Below the pieces are notes generated by a model. It did no database searches. It was not told the DNA's origin and was given only the letters and a program-made list of their open reading frames with translations. The position numbers and the translations under genes were made by a program. A stretch of DNA of 64,000 nucleotides. Source: Mytilus edulis. Taxonomy: Eukaryota. The stretch lies in NCBI RefSeq assembly GCF_963676685.1, contig NC_092352.1, positions 1,922,001 through 1,986,000 on the forward strand, written 5' to 3'. Below, piece by piece: positions 35,371-47,725 of the stretch. How positions within the stretch are numbered: the stretch's first letter is position 1; each line of letters starts with the position of its first letter.

Positions 35371-37498
35371 TTTTGATTTTGGACAATAGCAGGATCTTGA
35401 ATTTCCTCTTTATTAACGGCAACAGATTTATTGGTAGGTTGGTTATTGGATGGAACTAAGTTAGGCTTGGCAAGTACAGGCACAACAAACTGATGTCCAT
35501 TATTAGTGTGTCCTGGAACCAAGTCGGGTTGCTTTACACTGTTCACTGGAGGAACATGTTGGGGCTGCACAGCATTTGGTTCTGATAAAGCAACTGCAGG
35601 TCTATTTAGGTTTGCTGATGCATTACCAGGTCTAATCAGAAAACCTCCATTTGGAACTTGACTAGGAACAGGTCTGTTAGGATTTACTGCTGCTGGCCTT
35701 TGACTAACTGCAGGCCTGAATGGAATGTCCATTGTTGGAACCTGACCAGCTACATGTCTGGTTGGATTATTCATGGTAGGGAATTGACTTCCTGCTGGTC
35801 TCTTCAGGTTAACTGTTGTTTGACCAGGTATATTCTGAGTTGTTGACGTCACAGTAGCAAGTCCAGCAGTTTGTGGCCCAGTAATGGTACTTGATGGCCT
35901 TTGAACCCCCATGAGCAGTGGATTAAATGGAGGTCTATTCATGTTTGTCATTTGGTGTACATTTGATGGAGGCCTCTGAACGCCTGCAGTTGGATTGAAC
36001 ATTTGATTAAAATGTGGTCTATTCATGTTTGTCATTTGGTGTATAGTTGATGGAGGCATTGGTACACCAGCGTTTTGGTTTAACAATGGATTAAATGGAG
36101 GTCTGTTCATATAAGGCATTTGGTGTACAGTTGATGGAGGCCTCTGTATTCTAGTGTTTGGATTAAACGATGGATTAAACGAAGGTTTGGGCAGTAGCCC
36201 TTTATTTGACTGACTATCAGCTGTATTTAATACGTTGTTTGAAACATTACTATTTAACTGTGGTCTGTTCATACTAATGTTTGATGAATTAGCTGTTATA
36301 GTAGACTGGTTTCCTATCCTCATGTTCAGAGGGTTAGATGGATTAGGATAAGACACTGCTAACGTTTGATTGGTCATTGGTACTGGTACATTTGCAGATG
36401 TCATTAATTGTGGCAGATTTCCTAATGGTGTTTGCTGAATCATGTGACCAGCACCTAGACCAGGAGGTAATATGTCTAGTCCTATTGTCTTTTCCTGTCT
36501 AGACGGACCAGCTTGTGGAATGTGTGTCGCAGGCTTCTGACTTACAGACTGAGATTTCAATTGTTGATTTTGTGTGATGTTATTAATAATATTGATTGCA
36601 GACTGAGCACTAGGTTTCACATGTTGTTTTTGAGTGATATTATTATTGCTTACAGACTGAGCACTAGGTTTCACTTGCTGTTTTTGTGTTGTATTTTTCC
36701 TGCCTAAAGACTGAGCACTAACATTAACTGTTATATTAACGTTCATATCAGATGCATGACTAACGTTTACAGTGGCTGTTACACCTCTACTTGGACTAAC
36801 CGAGGGAGTGGTAAGGAGGCTGTTCTTAGTACCTATCACACTGGACGGAGTGGTAGTTAGTATATTTGGTACTGTATTTGACCTTACTAGTAAGTCATTA
36901 CGACCTTGTATTAAAGTTTTATCACTTGCTACAACAGAACTAGGAGATGATGACTTGTTTGCCTTGTCCCTCCAGTTCGAGAAGTCTGGACTACTCATTA
37001 CCTTGTCCAGTTTACCATGGAATTGAGAAGGTTTTAGAGGTGAGTTTTTAATTGGACTGTTTAACATTGGTAAGTCATCTTCACTGTCAGTTTGGTCAAA
37101 TATTTGATGTATTAAATCACTAGAATTAGAATCTGAACTAAACTCTATTTCTCTATACATATCATCACTTGTTGATTTGACTTTCTTTGTCTCTAAAGCC
37201 AATGTCCTTTTCTCAGCTCCACTCAAATCTTTCACACTGGTACAAGCTGCTTTAAATTTGTTATCTTTTAAGATCGGTTTGTCTTTCTTTCCCTGCTTTC
37301 TCCCTGTTTTTTCTGATACAATGAGACAATCTTTGGATGGGGTGTGTCCAGTTATTTGGACATCATTGTCATTGTTATGACCTGTGATAGTTGCATCAGA
37401 TAGACTTATATTTGATGGACTTATTATATTACTTTTAGCCAGTCTGATATCATTTACAGTCTTGTCTTTAGATGTATCTCTTTCACTGTCTGTAGAAT
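35371..37498 (-). CDS. RNF216: RNF216-like, large low-complexity exon (S/P/N/Q-rich)
   Basis: Boundaries ttacag|AT TCT ... CAA AA|gtaaga; 2128 nt open, phase 1 to 2. It has internal PPSTxHQMxxMNRPxFN repeats. Confidence 0.8.
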
Positions 37499-37979
37499 CT
37501 GTAAGGTAAAAAATAAAAGTCTTCTATTACTTTTTTCTAAATTCTAGCTTAGCCTTAAATTTTCAAATAAGGATTAATGGCCTCCATCACAATATATCAT
37601 TATGATCATAGCTTTATTTAAGTCTACATGTAGATAGGAAATAAGTATTTTTGTTTACATATCAGCATATGACTTGACACAATAAGCACTAATCTTTCTT
37701 TACGAAAAACTTAATAAATATATACATGAAATAAATTCAATGAAAAATCATAAAAATAAGAAGATTTGGCGTTAGGTCTGACGGGGAGCATATAGCAGAT
37801 GCGCCCACAAAAAAAATACTCTGTTTTCTTCTATAAAATTAAATATCTGCTTCATACTGAATTTGTTGAACCATGCGCTCAATGTATCCTAGGTCTAATT
37901 GTAGTTGAATTCAATAATTATTTTTTTTTGTCTTAAGGCATACAAAGTCATTTAATTGCCACCCTTTTATGATACTTTG

Positions 37980-38781
37980 TTGAATTTAGTGCATTACGTT
38001 TGCATGCATTACCATTACATTTGCACGCAAAAATCATTACGTTTGCGGGCAGCTTTTGATTACAATTGCGCGCATTTTTTTTTACATGTAAATTCAGGTA
38101 AATACAGGTAATAATACTTATTTATTTATAATTTGTTCAATTATTTACAAGTGTAAGCACTCATTCCCTTAGTCTTAGTCCCCAGCTGCTCACCAACGAT
38201 GAGGTGGAAGTGGGATTTCGAGCAAGACAAGTCCATTTTATTATGCACAAGCACTAAATCCTAGAAATATATATACAGATGAAAATGTTGAAATTTTAAA
38301 ACATAGCTAATCTTTAACAAAGGTTAAAGTATTGATAAATTCATTACTTTACATGTCAGTACGTGCCGAAACTCCATGTTTGTACCTTGGTATAACTTTA
38401 CAAACTAACTTAAATTATTTATTAATTTTAAAAAAGAACACTTTTAGTTGAAACACTTTTCATCCTGAAATATTCACAATGAAGTTACATGTATGCCTTT
38501 ATGCAACAGAGTTTATTATGATCACTTTATAATTGGTTTTAGAATTCAATATGAACCATATATAATTTGAATTAAGAAATATTTTCAAAATTAAAAATTG
38601 ATAGTCATATTTACTATGGAAATAAACAAATATATAGTCAATTACAATTTGATTTAATTTTTTTTTCTATTTTTACTTGAGTTTACCTGTAAAATGAATG
38701 CACGCAAATGTCATCAAAAGTTGTGTGCAAACGTAAAACACTTTAATCCCCAAATGCGCGCAAACGTAGTGCGCCTGTTCA
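37980..38781. mobile_element. Old MITE-like element with long imperfect TIRs
   Basis: ttgaatttagtgcattacgtttgcatgcatt pairs imperfectly with aatgcgcgcaaacgtagtgcgcctgttcaa. Inner taaattcaggtaaa pairs with tttacctgtaaaat. Confidence 0.5.
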
Positions 38782-39201
38782 ATTTGTATTTAGTTTATGT
38801 TGTCAATTCACATTATTTTCAGAAGGATAACTTAAAACAGGATTAATCAGGGGAAGTAACCCGAATTATTTTTGAATTGATTACAAACTAAGCTTGAAGC
38901 AAAAGTCATTAATGATTGTAAATTAGTACTATGTTTGACAAACAAGCTGTCAAGTGAAGCCATTAACTTTCACATATGGTCTGTGATTTACAGGTAACAA
39001 CAACCCTCATCAGTGACACAAAAATGTAATTAATGTTGACTTGTCATTCAAGGTTAAAATATCCAAAAGCGGGAGGGTACCGGCAAGCGGGAGATTTCCC
39101 GATATTCGCCATTTGAGCGGGAGTCTCCTGCTTAAACGGGAGGGTTGGCAGGTATGCATGCCACAGCCGTTAAATTTATCTATCTATTTATTGAAACTTA
39201 C

Positions 39202-39430
39202 CATCAGAATCTATCTCGGTTGGCTGTCTGTATGGAGAGGCAACCAATGTCTTTTCAGTGAATGTTCTTAATTCTAACAAGTCATCAATACATCTTTGTA
39301 GGAGTGTATCTGATGTCAGTGGATCTCCATGGTTACTAGGATGTTGTACACTTGCTTGTAATATTTCCTGTGTCAAGTTTGGGAAGATTGGAACTAACAT
39401 TTCCAAGACAGATTTTTCCATATCACCCAT
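39202..39430 (-). CDS. RNF216: RNF216-like E3 ubiquitin ligase, first coding exon
   Basis: Boundaries ttttag|G ATG GGT ... GAT G|gtaagt. It has a CUE/UBA-like IFPNL motif and joins the next exon in frame. Confidence 0.7.
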
Positions 39431-40070
39431 CCTAAAAGAAGAAATATGTACATGTTGTATAAAATAATTGAGAATTATTTTTTTTTATGATAGAGCCAAA
39501 ACACAAACAATAACAATAAACCTTTATAAATCTACATATATCCTTTATCGAGAAGCATAATTTCTGCATTTAAAATATATGAAATCTACATGTAGGTTAT
39601 GTATTGGTTATCACAACTGGTTTGTGTATTGCATTGATGGTGCGTAGTGTATTGTATGGCCCTTCTGCAGGTATTCATTAATATCAGTTAGGTATACCTG
39701 TAGAACTGTAACAATACATCTACCTCACCTGTGCCCTTAGCAAAACCTACATTAAGGATATACACAAAGTCAGACCATATTATACAATTATGGCCTTTGT
39801 AAGTTTGTATGACGTCGATTATATGGACCTGTAGGGTAAGAAGTATAATGATGGAGGACAAAGTCTGAGGTCGATATACTTCTTTCATGTCTTTGGGTGG
39901 TTATATCCTGTACTGGCCTCATACGAAGGCTATTATTGTTATTTTATTAACCATACTTTTCTTTTTATCAAAATCTTCAGTGCATTTATATATATTTTAT
40001 TTGTTTTATCATTTTTTTTTTTTTAGAATTTTGTAGATATCATTATATTGTCACGTTGACAATAACATGA

Positions 40071-41645
40071 ATAGCAACATTTTATTTTTAGTAAATATTT
40101 CTATTATTTTTAATGTTTTATTATCATGATTATGGACATCCATTGTTTTCATTGTTTGCTACTAAATGTTCAATACTGCTCTCCTATAAAGAAGGTGAAG
40201 AAATAAACAGAATACCGTAATTAGCATGCATATTTGCATACTTCAGTCTTGAGGCCGTGAAGTCTCTCGTAACTTGACGTCCATATGAAAATAAAAGTAA
40301 AAATGTCTGAATTGGTGGGTCACTATGAAAACTGTCAATATGAGAAAATAAAGTGTGGCAGGTAGATGAAACTTACATAAATGAAGAGATAAATGAAAAA
40401 TGAACAGTTCGATGCTTGAATTATATTAATCCAAGGCCGTCAGTCGGCTCCAGAAGCATCGAAGTAGCACATCCACTTTGGACGGGCAATTATATACTTT
40501 TTGATACAGGACGAGCTTGTCTGGCAAAACAGCTGTTGGACTTAAAGAGTTATATTGACTAATTTAAATATGCTTTTCTTTATTTTTTTAAATTTTCTGT
40601 GAAAAAGTGTCCACCTGGACACTTTTACAATGTTTTATGGCTTACACTTTCACTGGTCTTAAATTCAATCCTGGTAACTGCAGTTACCACAATCCCAATA
40701 TGTGATAGTAGAAATAAGTAAAATTGCTTTCTTCAGCCTGTCAATTTCGGTTACAATAGGGACTTTGAACAAGATGCCTAGTGCAGTAAATGTCAAATTA
40801 TACAAATGTATCTCCGATATCTCGATGCATGTGAATATTTAAGTTATACATACATGTATAGCAACATTTTATTTTTAGTAAATATTTCTATTATTTTTAA
40901 TGTTTTATTATCATGATTATGGACATCCATTGTTTTCATTGTTTGCTACTAAATGTTCAATACTGATCTCCTATAAAGAAGGTGAAGAAATAAACAGAAT
41001 ACCGTAATTAGCATGCATATTTGCATACTTCAGTCTTGAGGCCGTGAAGTCTCTCGTAACTTGACGTCCATATGAAAATAAAAGTAAAAATGTCTGAATT
41101 GGTGGGTCACTATGAAAACTGTCAATATGAGAAAATAAAGTGTGGCAGGTAGATGAAACTTACATAAATGAAGAGATAAATGAAAAATGAACAGTTCGAT
41201 GCTTGAATTATATTAATCCAAGGCCGTCAGTCGGCTCCAGAAGCATCGAAGTAGCACATCCACTTTGGACGGGCAATTATATACTTTTTGATACAGGACG
41301 AGCTTGTCTGGCAAAACAGCTGTTGGACTTAAGAGTTATATTGACTAATTTAAATATGCTTTTCTTTATTTTTTTAAATTTTCTGTGAAAAAGTGTCCAC
41401 CTGGACACTTTTACAATGTTTTATGGCTTACACTTTCACTGGTCTTAAATTCAATCCTGGTAACTGCAGTTACCACAATCCCAATATGTGATAGTAGAAA
41501 TAAGTAAAATTGCTTTCTTCAGCCCGTCAATTTCGGTTACAATAGGGACTTTGAACAAGATGCCTAGTGCAGTAAATGTCAAATTATACAAATGTATCTC
41601 CGATATCTCGATGCATGTGAATATTTAAGTTATACATACATGTAT
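40071..41645. repeat. Near-identical 787-bp tandem duplication
   Basis: atagcaacattttatttttag occurs at 40071 and 40858. Only a few differences are seen (e.g. tactgctc/tactgatc, cttaaag/cttaag, agcctg/agcccg). Confidence 0.95.
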
Positions 41646-42589
41646 CATGCATATTGTTCATGTTCATTGGAGATTGGTTTACAATTTTGTATTTACAGAT
41701 ACTTATAACAAAGTTATTATTTGGATGACTCATTCAATCTTTACGCTTGACCACAAGCCCAGGCTTTAAAATTCTTCTCTACAAGTCAATAGAACCCAAT
41801 TAAAATTTTCATAGAAGTAAGCTTCAGGCTTGTGCATGTTGTGCATTAAATTTATTGTGAAGACTGCTTATTTACATTGCAGAAAATAGCCCACAAAAAC
41901 AGCACAATTAAAAGTAAATAGTTTATATCATGTATATCAAAGGCACTAGGCTTATAATTTGATAAGACAGGGGAGTGTTTCATCTACATAAGATTCATCA
42001 GTGACCCTCAGATCAAAATAGTAAGTCCTTTTCTAATTTAGTCTTTGTGGATTGGTGACAGCTATATCTCCTCCCAGTCCAAGTTGGTGTCCTATTTTTC
42101 ATAATTCCTGGAACAATATCGTGTGAGCTTTCACAAGGTGTTATCCCCAACCAGGAGTTCTGTTCTAAATTCAGTAGGAGCCTTCAGATCTGTCTTACAT
42201 AGAAGAGGGGCAGGACCTTTTTCGGGACGTAGGAATCGGGTGTTTTTAAGCTCGGGATTTCGGGATTGATACTTTGGGAATCCCCCCTCACAATATGCAA
42301 GGTTTGGGTGTACACTTTCAAATGGTAAAGTTTTGCTAAAGATACTGTTCCCCGGATCCCTTAGAACCCTGCTCTATTACTCAGACACACTTTGTGGACA
42401 TTTAGCAAATCATACATAGGAGGACTTTCAACATCAAAGTGCAGAAGTGTGACACCGCAAACAACCTTACGTCAGTAACAGTTACGAAACTGTCTTGAAA
42501 CTTTTGTCGTTTTGAGTGACCTGTCATTTTCATTTTCTTTTTCCTTTTCTGGCTGTAGTATTGAATATTTCAAACATTTTTTGTTATTT

Positions 42590-42770
42590 ACCTGGACTAC
42601 ATAACCCTTAATTAGATTATAAAATAAATAATTCACAGGAATTCTGTTAAATCTGCATCATCAACTTTTGACTTCAAAATAACATCTCGCGCGCTGCCTC
42701 GTTTTAATTACATGACTTACTCCCCCTTGAAGTGCTACTTTCACTTTCGTTTTATATTCGCGCCAAATTA
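42590..42770 (-). promoter_or_regulatory. Possible promoter and non-coding first exon of the RNF216-like gene
   Basis: There is local CpG enrichment (tctcgcgcgc), an E2F-like ttcgcgccaaa, and actttcactttc. A donor-like ccag|gtaaat lies at about 42591, and the first coding exon begins with an acceptor, so an upstream exon is needed. Confidence 0.35.
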
Positions 42771-43319
42771 TGAAATTTTAAAAGAAGTCTGTTTTTAAAT
42801 TACATCACACATTAAGGGTCCCATTGCTTTCTCTCTTAGTAAGTAATATTTATGATTAAACATAAATGTCATTGTACACATAATTATACATCTTTGGCGA
42901 AATTCAGAATTGAAACTGTGGCGGAGAGCCAGTTTTTAAAACAACATTACTTCCCTTGAAAATGGACTGTTGTGAAATTAACATTTAAATATTACTGTTG
43001 GTATAAATTATTGATAAAAATGATTGTTTTACATGTCATAATATCTATTTACTTTATTGTGCTTTAATTTGTTGAAGATATTCACAGATTTTGATATATT
43101 TGCAACTTATCATTTACTTATAGAGCTTTTCTATTGATCTTGCTCTTGTAAAATTAGTCCTGAGTTAAATATATGTTAAGCGTTCATCCATGGATTCATC
43201 AATCCATCACAATCCAGTCACGTCTCAGTCCTTACAGCTGAACGGACGTGCTGGGTCAGCTCTCCTTTACCCGCTATCTTCGATGAGGGTTTATTGCTAG
43301 ATGGTCAACGACATACTAC

Positions 43320-43621
43320 TAAAAGAGGGACGAAAGATACCAAAGGGACAGTCAAACTCATAAATCTAAAACAAACTGACAACGCCATGGCTAAAAATGA
43401 AAAAGACAAACAGAAAAACAATAGTACACATGACACAACATAGAAAACTAAAGAATAAACAACACGAACCCCACCAAAAACTAGGGGTGATCTCAGGTGC
43501 TCCGGAAGGGTAAGCAGATCCTGCTCCACATGCGGCACCCGTCGTGTTGCTTATGTGATTACAAATCCGGTAAATAGTCTAATTCGGTAGGTCAAATTCA
43601 TGAAAGGGAAGGGGATTGTAG
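43320..43621 (-). mobile_element. 3' UTR/terminal repeat region of the intact Naiad
   Basis: This non-coding segment directly follows the stop and ends ...ggtatctttcgtccctctttt. Confidence 0.6.
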
Positions 43622-46387
43622 TTACGACGTGAGGAACATATCCGATATCATCTGTGAAATGGTTATTCCATAACGGTCAACCAACTCGTGATGGCGTCCG
43701 TAAAATTTACGAAGGGATGATTTCAACTTCACCATTTGGAACTCTTGATTTAATAGCTTCCGTGTGAGCAGTAACCCTCTATCAAGAAAATCATGATAGG
43801 AAATGCAAGCACGGGAATATCGTATCAATTGAGAGATATATACCCCGTATGCAGGTGCTGCTGGAATGTTGCTACTTAGAAATGGAAAGTTCACAATAGG
43901 AAAGCTGAAATCATCTCTTTTGTCGTAAAGTTTTGTCTTCAACCGACCCTCATTGTCAATTTCTAGATGTAAGTCAAGATATGAAGCTGACTTAACTGTA
44001 TCTGTAGTATCCTTTATCTCCAATTCGATGGGATAGATGCGTTCCACATAGTCACCAAATTTTGAATTGTTTAGTGAAAGAACGTCATCTATATAGCGGA
44101 AAGTAGAGTTAAAGGATATTGCTAACTTCTTATCTTTCTTCCTAAGAAGTTCCTGCATGAAGTCAGCCTCATAATAATAAAGAAACAAGTCAGCAAGTAG
44201 AGGGGCACAGTTTGTTCCCATTGGTATGCCGACAGTCTGTTGAAAAACACGTCCTCCGAACGTAACAAATATGTTGTCAATCAAGAAATCAAGCATCTTG
44301 ATAATATCGGTTTCAGAGAATTTTTTGTTTGAATCAGAGTGATTCTTTACAAAGTAGGATTTATCCCTCCCTAAGACAAGATACTTGTATCTACGTTGGC
44401 CATTCTTTTTTATGAAGCAAAGTAATACCAACTCTTTTAATTTGTCTTTAAGTTTGGAATGTGGAATACTTGTGTAAAGAGTAGAGAAGTCAAATGTTTT
44501 AATACTGTTACAAGATGAAAGAGAGTTAGATTGTATGTACTCTAAAAGATCTTTGGAATTTTTAAGTATCCACATCTGATTCACGCCACCTCTAGAATAG
44601 GCAGTTTCACAATAACTTTGAAGCCCGTCTTTGATTGCTGATAAAATGGATGTTAATAATTTAGAAAGAGGTTTTGTGGAGCACTTGGAAGACCCAGCAA
44701 TATACCGCTGTTTGTAAGGACACTTATGTAGTTTAGGTATCCAATACAGTGATGGAAGATCCAGTTCTTCATCTTTGGTTGAAATACCAAAGGAACAAAG
44801 AACAGACCTATGATTATCCAGGATTTCCTCTTTGGTAAGTGTCGTGAGGGTATATGTTGAGTTTCCAAGTGAATTGTCTATACCTAATTCGTTTATCAAG
44901 CAATTAATGTAATGACTTTTACAGACAAAAACGATGTTATTTGGGGCTTTGTCTGCGGGGACAACAACATATTTATCATGGAGGTCGGATAGGTGTTTAG
45001 CAACATTTGGGTCTTTAAAAATTGACGTAGCATGGGCATTGATGGACCCATTCAGTTTCTTAATTCTGATTTGTATTAAGGACCTCACTGCCTTTATCCA
45101 TTCGGATAGAGTGTCTACGTCTTCCTTCTCGCGCTTAGCCCATTGCCTGGCATAATCCTCGACTGAATCCATCAAAATTTTAAAGTTGTATTTCCAATTG
45201 ATGGATTTAGGCTCACGATATTTCGGACCTTTCGATAACACGTTTCGTAGAGAAGTGTTATTAACAATGTTAAGGTCACCGGTAATAACGTGGCCAGCGG
45301 GATTATATGTGAATTGGGAACTAGCACAAGTGCAATCAGGAGGTTTAGACTTGAAGTCGTCAATATCGAGATCCTGCAAAACGCGTTTGTAATTGAAAAT
45401 TTTAGTTGCAATAGGTTTGGTATAGGTATAAGAAATTATTGGTACAGACTGGTCTTTAAAATAAGGAGGTATTTTCGATTGAACTAATTTATGATGAAGG
45501 ATATTGCCAAGGTTGACGCCATCGAGACCTTTGTTGGCAAAGGAAAGATTTAGAAAATATCTTTTCTCTTTTTCATCTTTTCCAATGCGAACTGGCTTGA
45601 AAAGTCTGTGACTTGCAATATCCGAAATTATAGCTTGAAGTTTGTATTGGTTTGAATGAGGGTTTGTAACAGTGGATTCCAAACATAAATTAAACAGAGA
45701 ATGAAGTTTTGAAAGGGGTAATGAATAAAGTTTCGTGCGAATGTGATGAATACCTAACGGTTTTTGTATGAATGGCAGCAAGTCATTAATAGAGACATCA
45801 TGCAGAGAGGGTGATGTATAATGACGATGACCATGACTGCGTCTACGTCGAGGAGTCGAGTTGAAAATATTCATCACATTCACCGAGTTACACGAAGGAC
45901 TAGATAGAATGCCTATACCATCAATTTTGTCATTGCAGCCATACGGTGTTGCAGTTCCCAATTGTCTAATCCAGTAGTCTTCTTTTTGTCTACGGAGAGT
46001 CGTTGAAAGATTAGGATTGTTAGAGCTATGGTATATCTTTTCGATAATGCGAACTGTCATAGAAACGATGGAATGATCGGGCTGATTGAAATGCTGGTAT
46101 AGAATGTCGTTAGCATTGAGGTTAATGTCTGATCTATGACCGCACATCCGTTTGTTTAGCCTTCCTTTCGTTTCACCGACGTATACCAATCCGCAAAGGT
46201 TGCACTCTAATCCGTAGACGACATTTATCGATTTACAATTCAGATCATCGTAACTTCTGGTAAAATATGACTTCTTGGTCAAATTGCTAGTGAATTCAGC
46301 ATCTGTAATTAAAATAGCACAAGTTTTGCAGCCTTTGGTCTCACATTTTGAAATGCGACAGTGTTGTACTGTGTCATCAAAAACCAA
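43622..46387 (-). CDS. Penelope-like element of the Naiad type: N-terminal GIY-YIG endonuclease + RT, intact ORF
   Basis: CETKGCKTC and VVYGLECNLCGLVYVGET...RMCGH...HFN...YWIRQLGT..PYGCN lie upstream of the RT motifs LYWIPKLHK, TFDFSTLYT, GIPMGTNCAP and FRYIDD. There are no stops in 921 codons. Confidence 0.93.
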   Translation of the reverse strand: MVFDDTVQHCRISKCETKGCKTCAILITDAEFTSNLTKKSYFTRSYDDLNCKSINVVYGLECNLCGLVYVGETKGRLNKRMCGHRSDINLNANDILYQHFNQPDHSIVSMTVRIIEKIYHSSNNPNLSTTLRRQKEDYWIRQLGTATPYGCNDKIDGIGILSSPSCNSVNVMNIFNSTPRRRRSHGHRHYTSPSLHDVSINDLLPFIQKPLGIHHIRTKLYSLPLSKLHSLFNLCLESTVTNPHSNQYKLQAIISDIASHRLFKPVRIGKDEKEKRYFLNLSFANKGLDGVNLGNILHHKLVQSKIPPYFKDQSVPIISYTYTKPIATKIFNYKRVLQDLDIDDFKSKPPDCTCASSQFTYNPAGHVITGDLNIVNNTSLRNVLSKGPKYREPKSINWKYNFKILMDSVEDYARQWAKREKEDVDTLSEWIKAVRSLIQIRIKKLNGSINAHATSIFKDPNVAKHLSDLHDKYVVVPADKAPNNIVFVCKSHYINCLINELGIDNSLGNSTYTLTTLTKEEILDNHRSVLCSFGISTKDEELDLPSLYWIPKLHKCPYKQRYIAGSSKCSTKPLSKLLTSILSAIKDGLQSYCETAYSRGGVNQMWILKNSKDLLEYIQSNSLSSCNSIKTFDFSTLYTSIPHSKLKDKLKELVLLCFIKKNGQRRYKYLVLGRDKSYFVKNHSDSNKKFSETDIIKMLDFLIDNIFVTFGGRVFQQTVGIPMGTNCAPLLADLFLYYYEADFMQELLRKKDKKLAISFNSTFRYIDDVLSLNNSKFGDYVERIYPIELEIKDTTDTVKSASYLDLHLEIDNEGRLKTKLYDKRDDFSFPIVNFPFLSSNIPAAPAYGVYISQLIRYSRACISYHDFLDRGLLLTRKLLNQEFQMVKLKSSLRKFYGRHHELVDRYGITISQMISDMFLTS

Positions 46388-46884
46388 AATGTCTTTAAGG
46401 AGAACTGAACATGGCTGTATATGTGTAATGTTGCTGTTTTCACTAGGACTAAGATGACAGAAACCAATCCATGCCGTACAGAGAGACGTAGTAGTTGGCG
46501 TACCCGCGTTAACATGCCTCCAAAACCATTGTCTATTATGGGGAGTGTCATGCCGATTAACGTCCGAGGGCTGTATCCTAGGCTGTTGGGTGATACGACC
46601 TTCATTTTACTGCCTCACGGCTTTGGTCCTGATAACGCTTCCTGTCATCTTTAGAACTACGTCCACGATTCATCTGCCAGTACTCCTTCATCGAGGCTAG
46701 CGGGCTGCCAAGCTGACCAAACTGGCCCTGAAAGCAGCCGTTAGTGAAGAAAAACATCAAAATAGTAAACAAAGAAAAATCAACTCACCAAAACCAAGAT
46801 GGCGGCCTACATATTGCGACCTCCACTACTTGTTCCTGACCCATGGCATCAAATCATTTAAAGCTCACCAAACGCCTTCGGGCA

Positions 46885-47725
46885 CCGAGCCGACCGTGCG
46901 AGGGCTGAAAGGCCAGTCAAGGTCGTTAAACACCACCACATATATATGTTAAGCGTGCGGATAAGTGTTCCAGTGTACTAGCACTCTAAAGTCCTGCAAC
47001 TACGGTAGGCTAGCACAAAGCAGTCAAAATTTACATACACCCTTTGGTTTTTTATTTATTTTATTTTATTTATATTTTTACTTTTCTTTTTTTTTCTATT
47101 ACATACAAAACATCCCACTAAATATTTTTGCAAAACTCACATACACTAATTTAGGCTTATTGTGGTTTATACATAATATTTGGCATATAAATTCACATAC
47201 ACAATTTGGCATATCAAAATTATCCGCTCTTTACTTGGCTGCTGGTGTACCAGGACAACGTTGCTGCCGTTCACTGCTGTTTACTTGGCCAAGCTTTCCT
47301 CCTGTTCCTACTTCCGGTGGCTCCGTGTTTAATAATTATTTATTTATTTTGTTTTATTTTATTTTTATTTTTATACAAAATTATTTCTATAATATTTTAT
47401 TATATTTAATTTTATATTCTTTTATTATTTTTTTTATTATTTTATTATTTACTTAATCTTAAATATTTTACTTTTTTCATTCATTTATTTATCTAAAATT
47501 TTGCTTTTTAAATTTTTTGCTTTTATTAAATTTTCTTATCATTATAAATTATTTAAATTACCACATGGTAAAAATATAAATTATTTAATGCCCAAAAAGG
47601 CGCAAGCCAGGGCCGACCGTGCAAGGGCTGTATAGCCAGTCAAGGTCGTTAAAAACTTCCATTTGTTGTTAAGCGTGCGAGGGCTGTATAGCCAGTCAAG
47701 GTCGTTAAACACTTCCATTTGTTTG
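46885..47725. repeat. Three copies of a ~40-bp GC-rich direct repeat around an AT-rich spacer
   Basis: cgtgc(g/a)agggctg(aaag/tata)gccagtcaaggtcgttaaa occurs at about 46895, 47617 and 47674. Confidence 0.75.

Noticed and set aside
46965-47456. 163-aa hydrophobic ORF
   Set aside because: It comes from T-rich low-complexity DNA.
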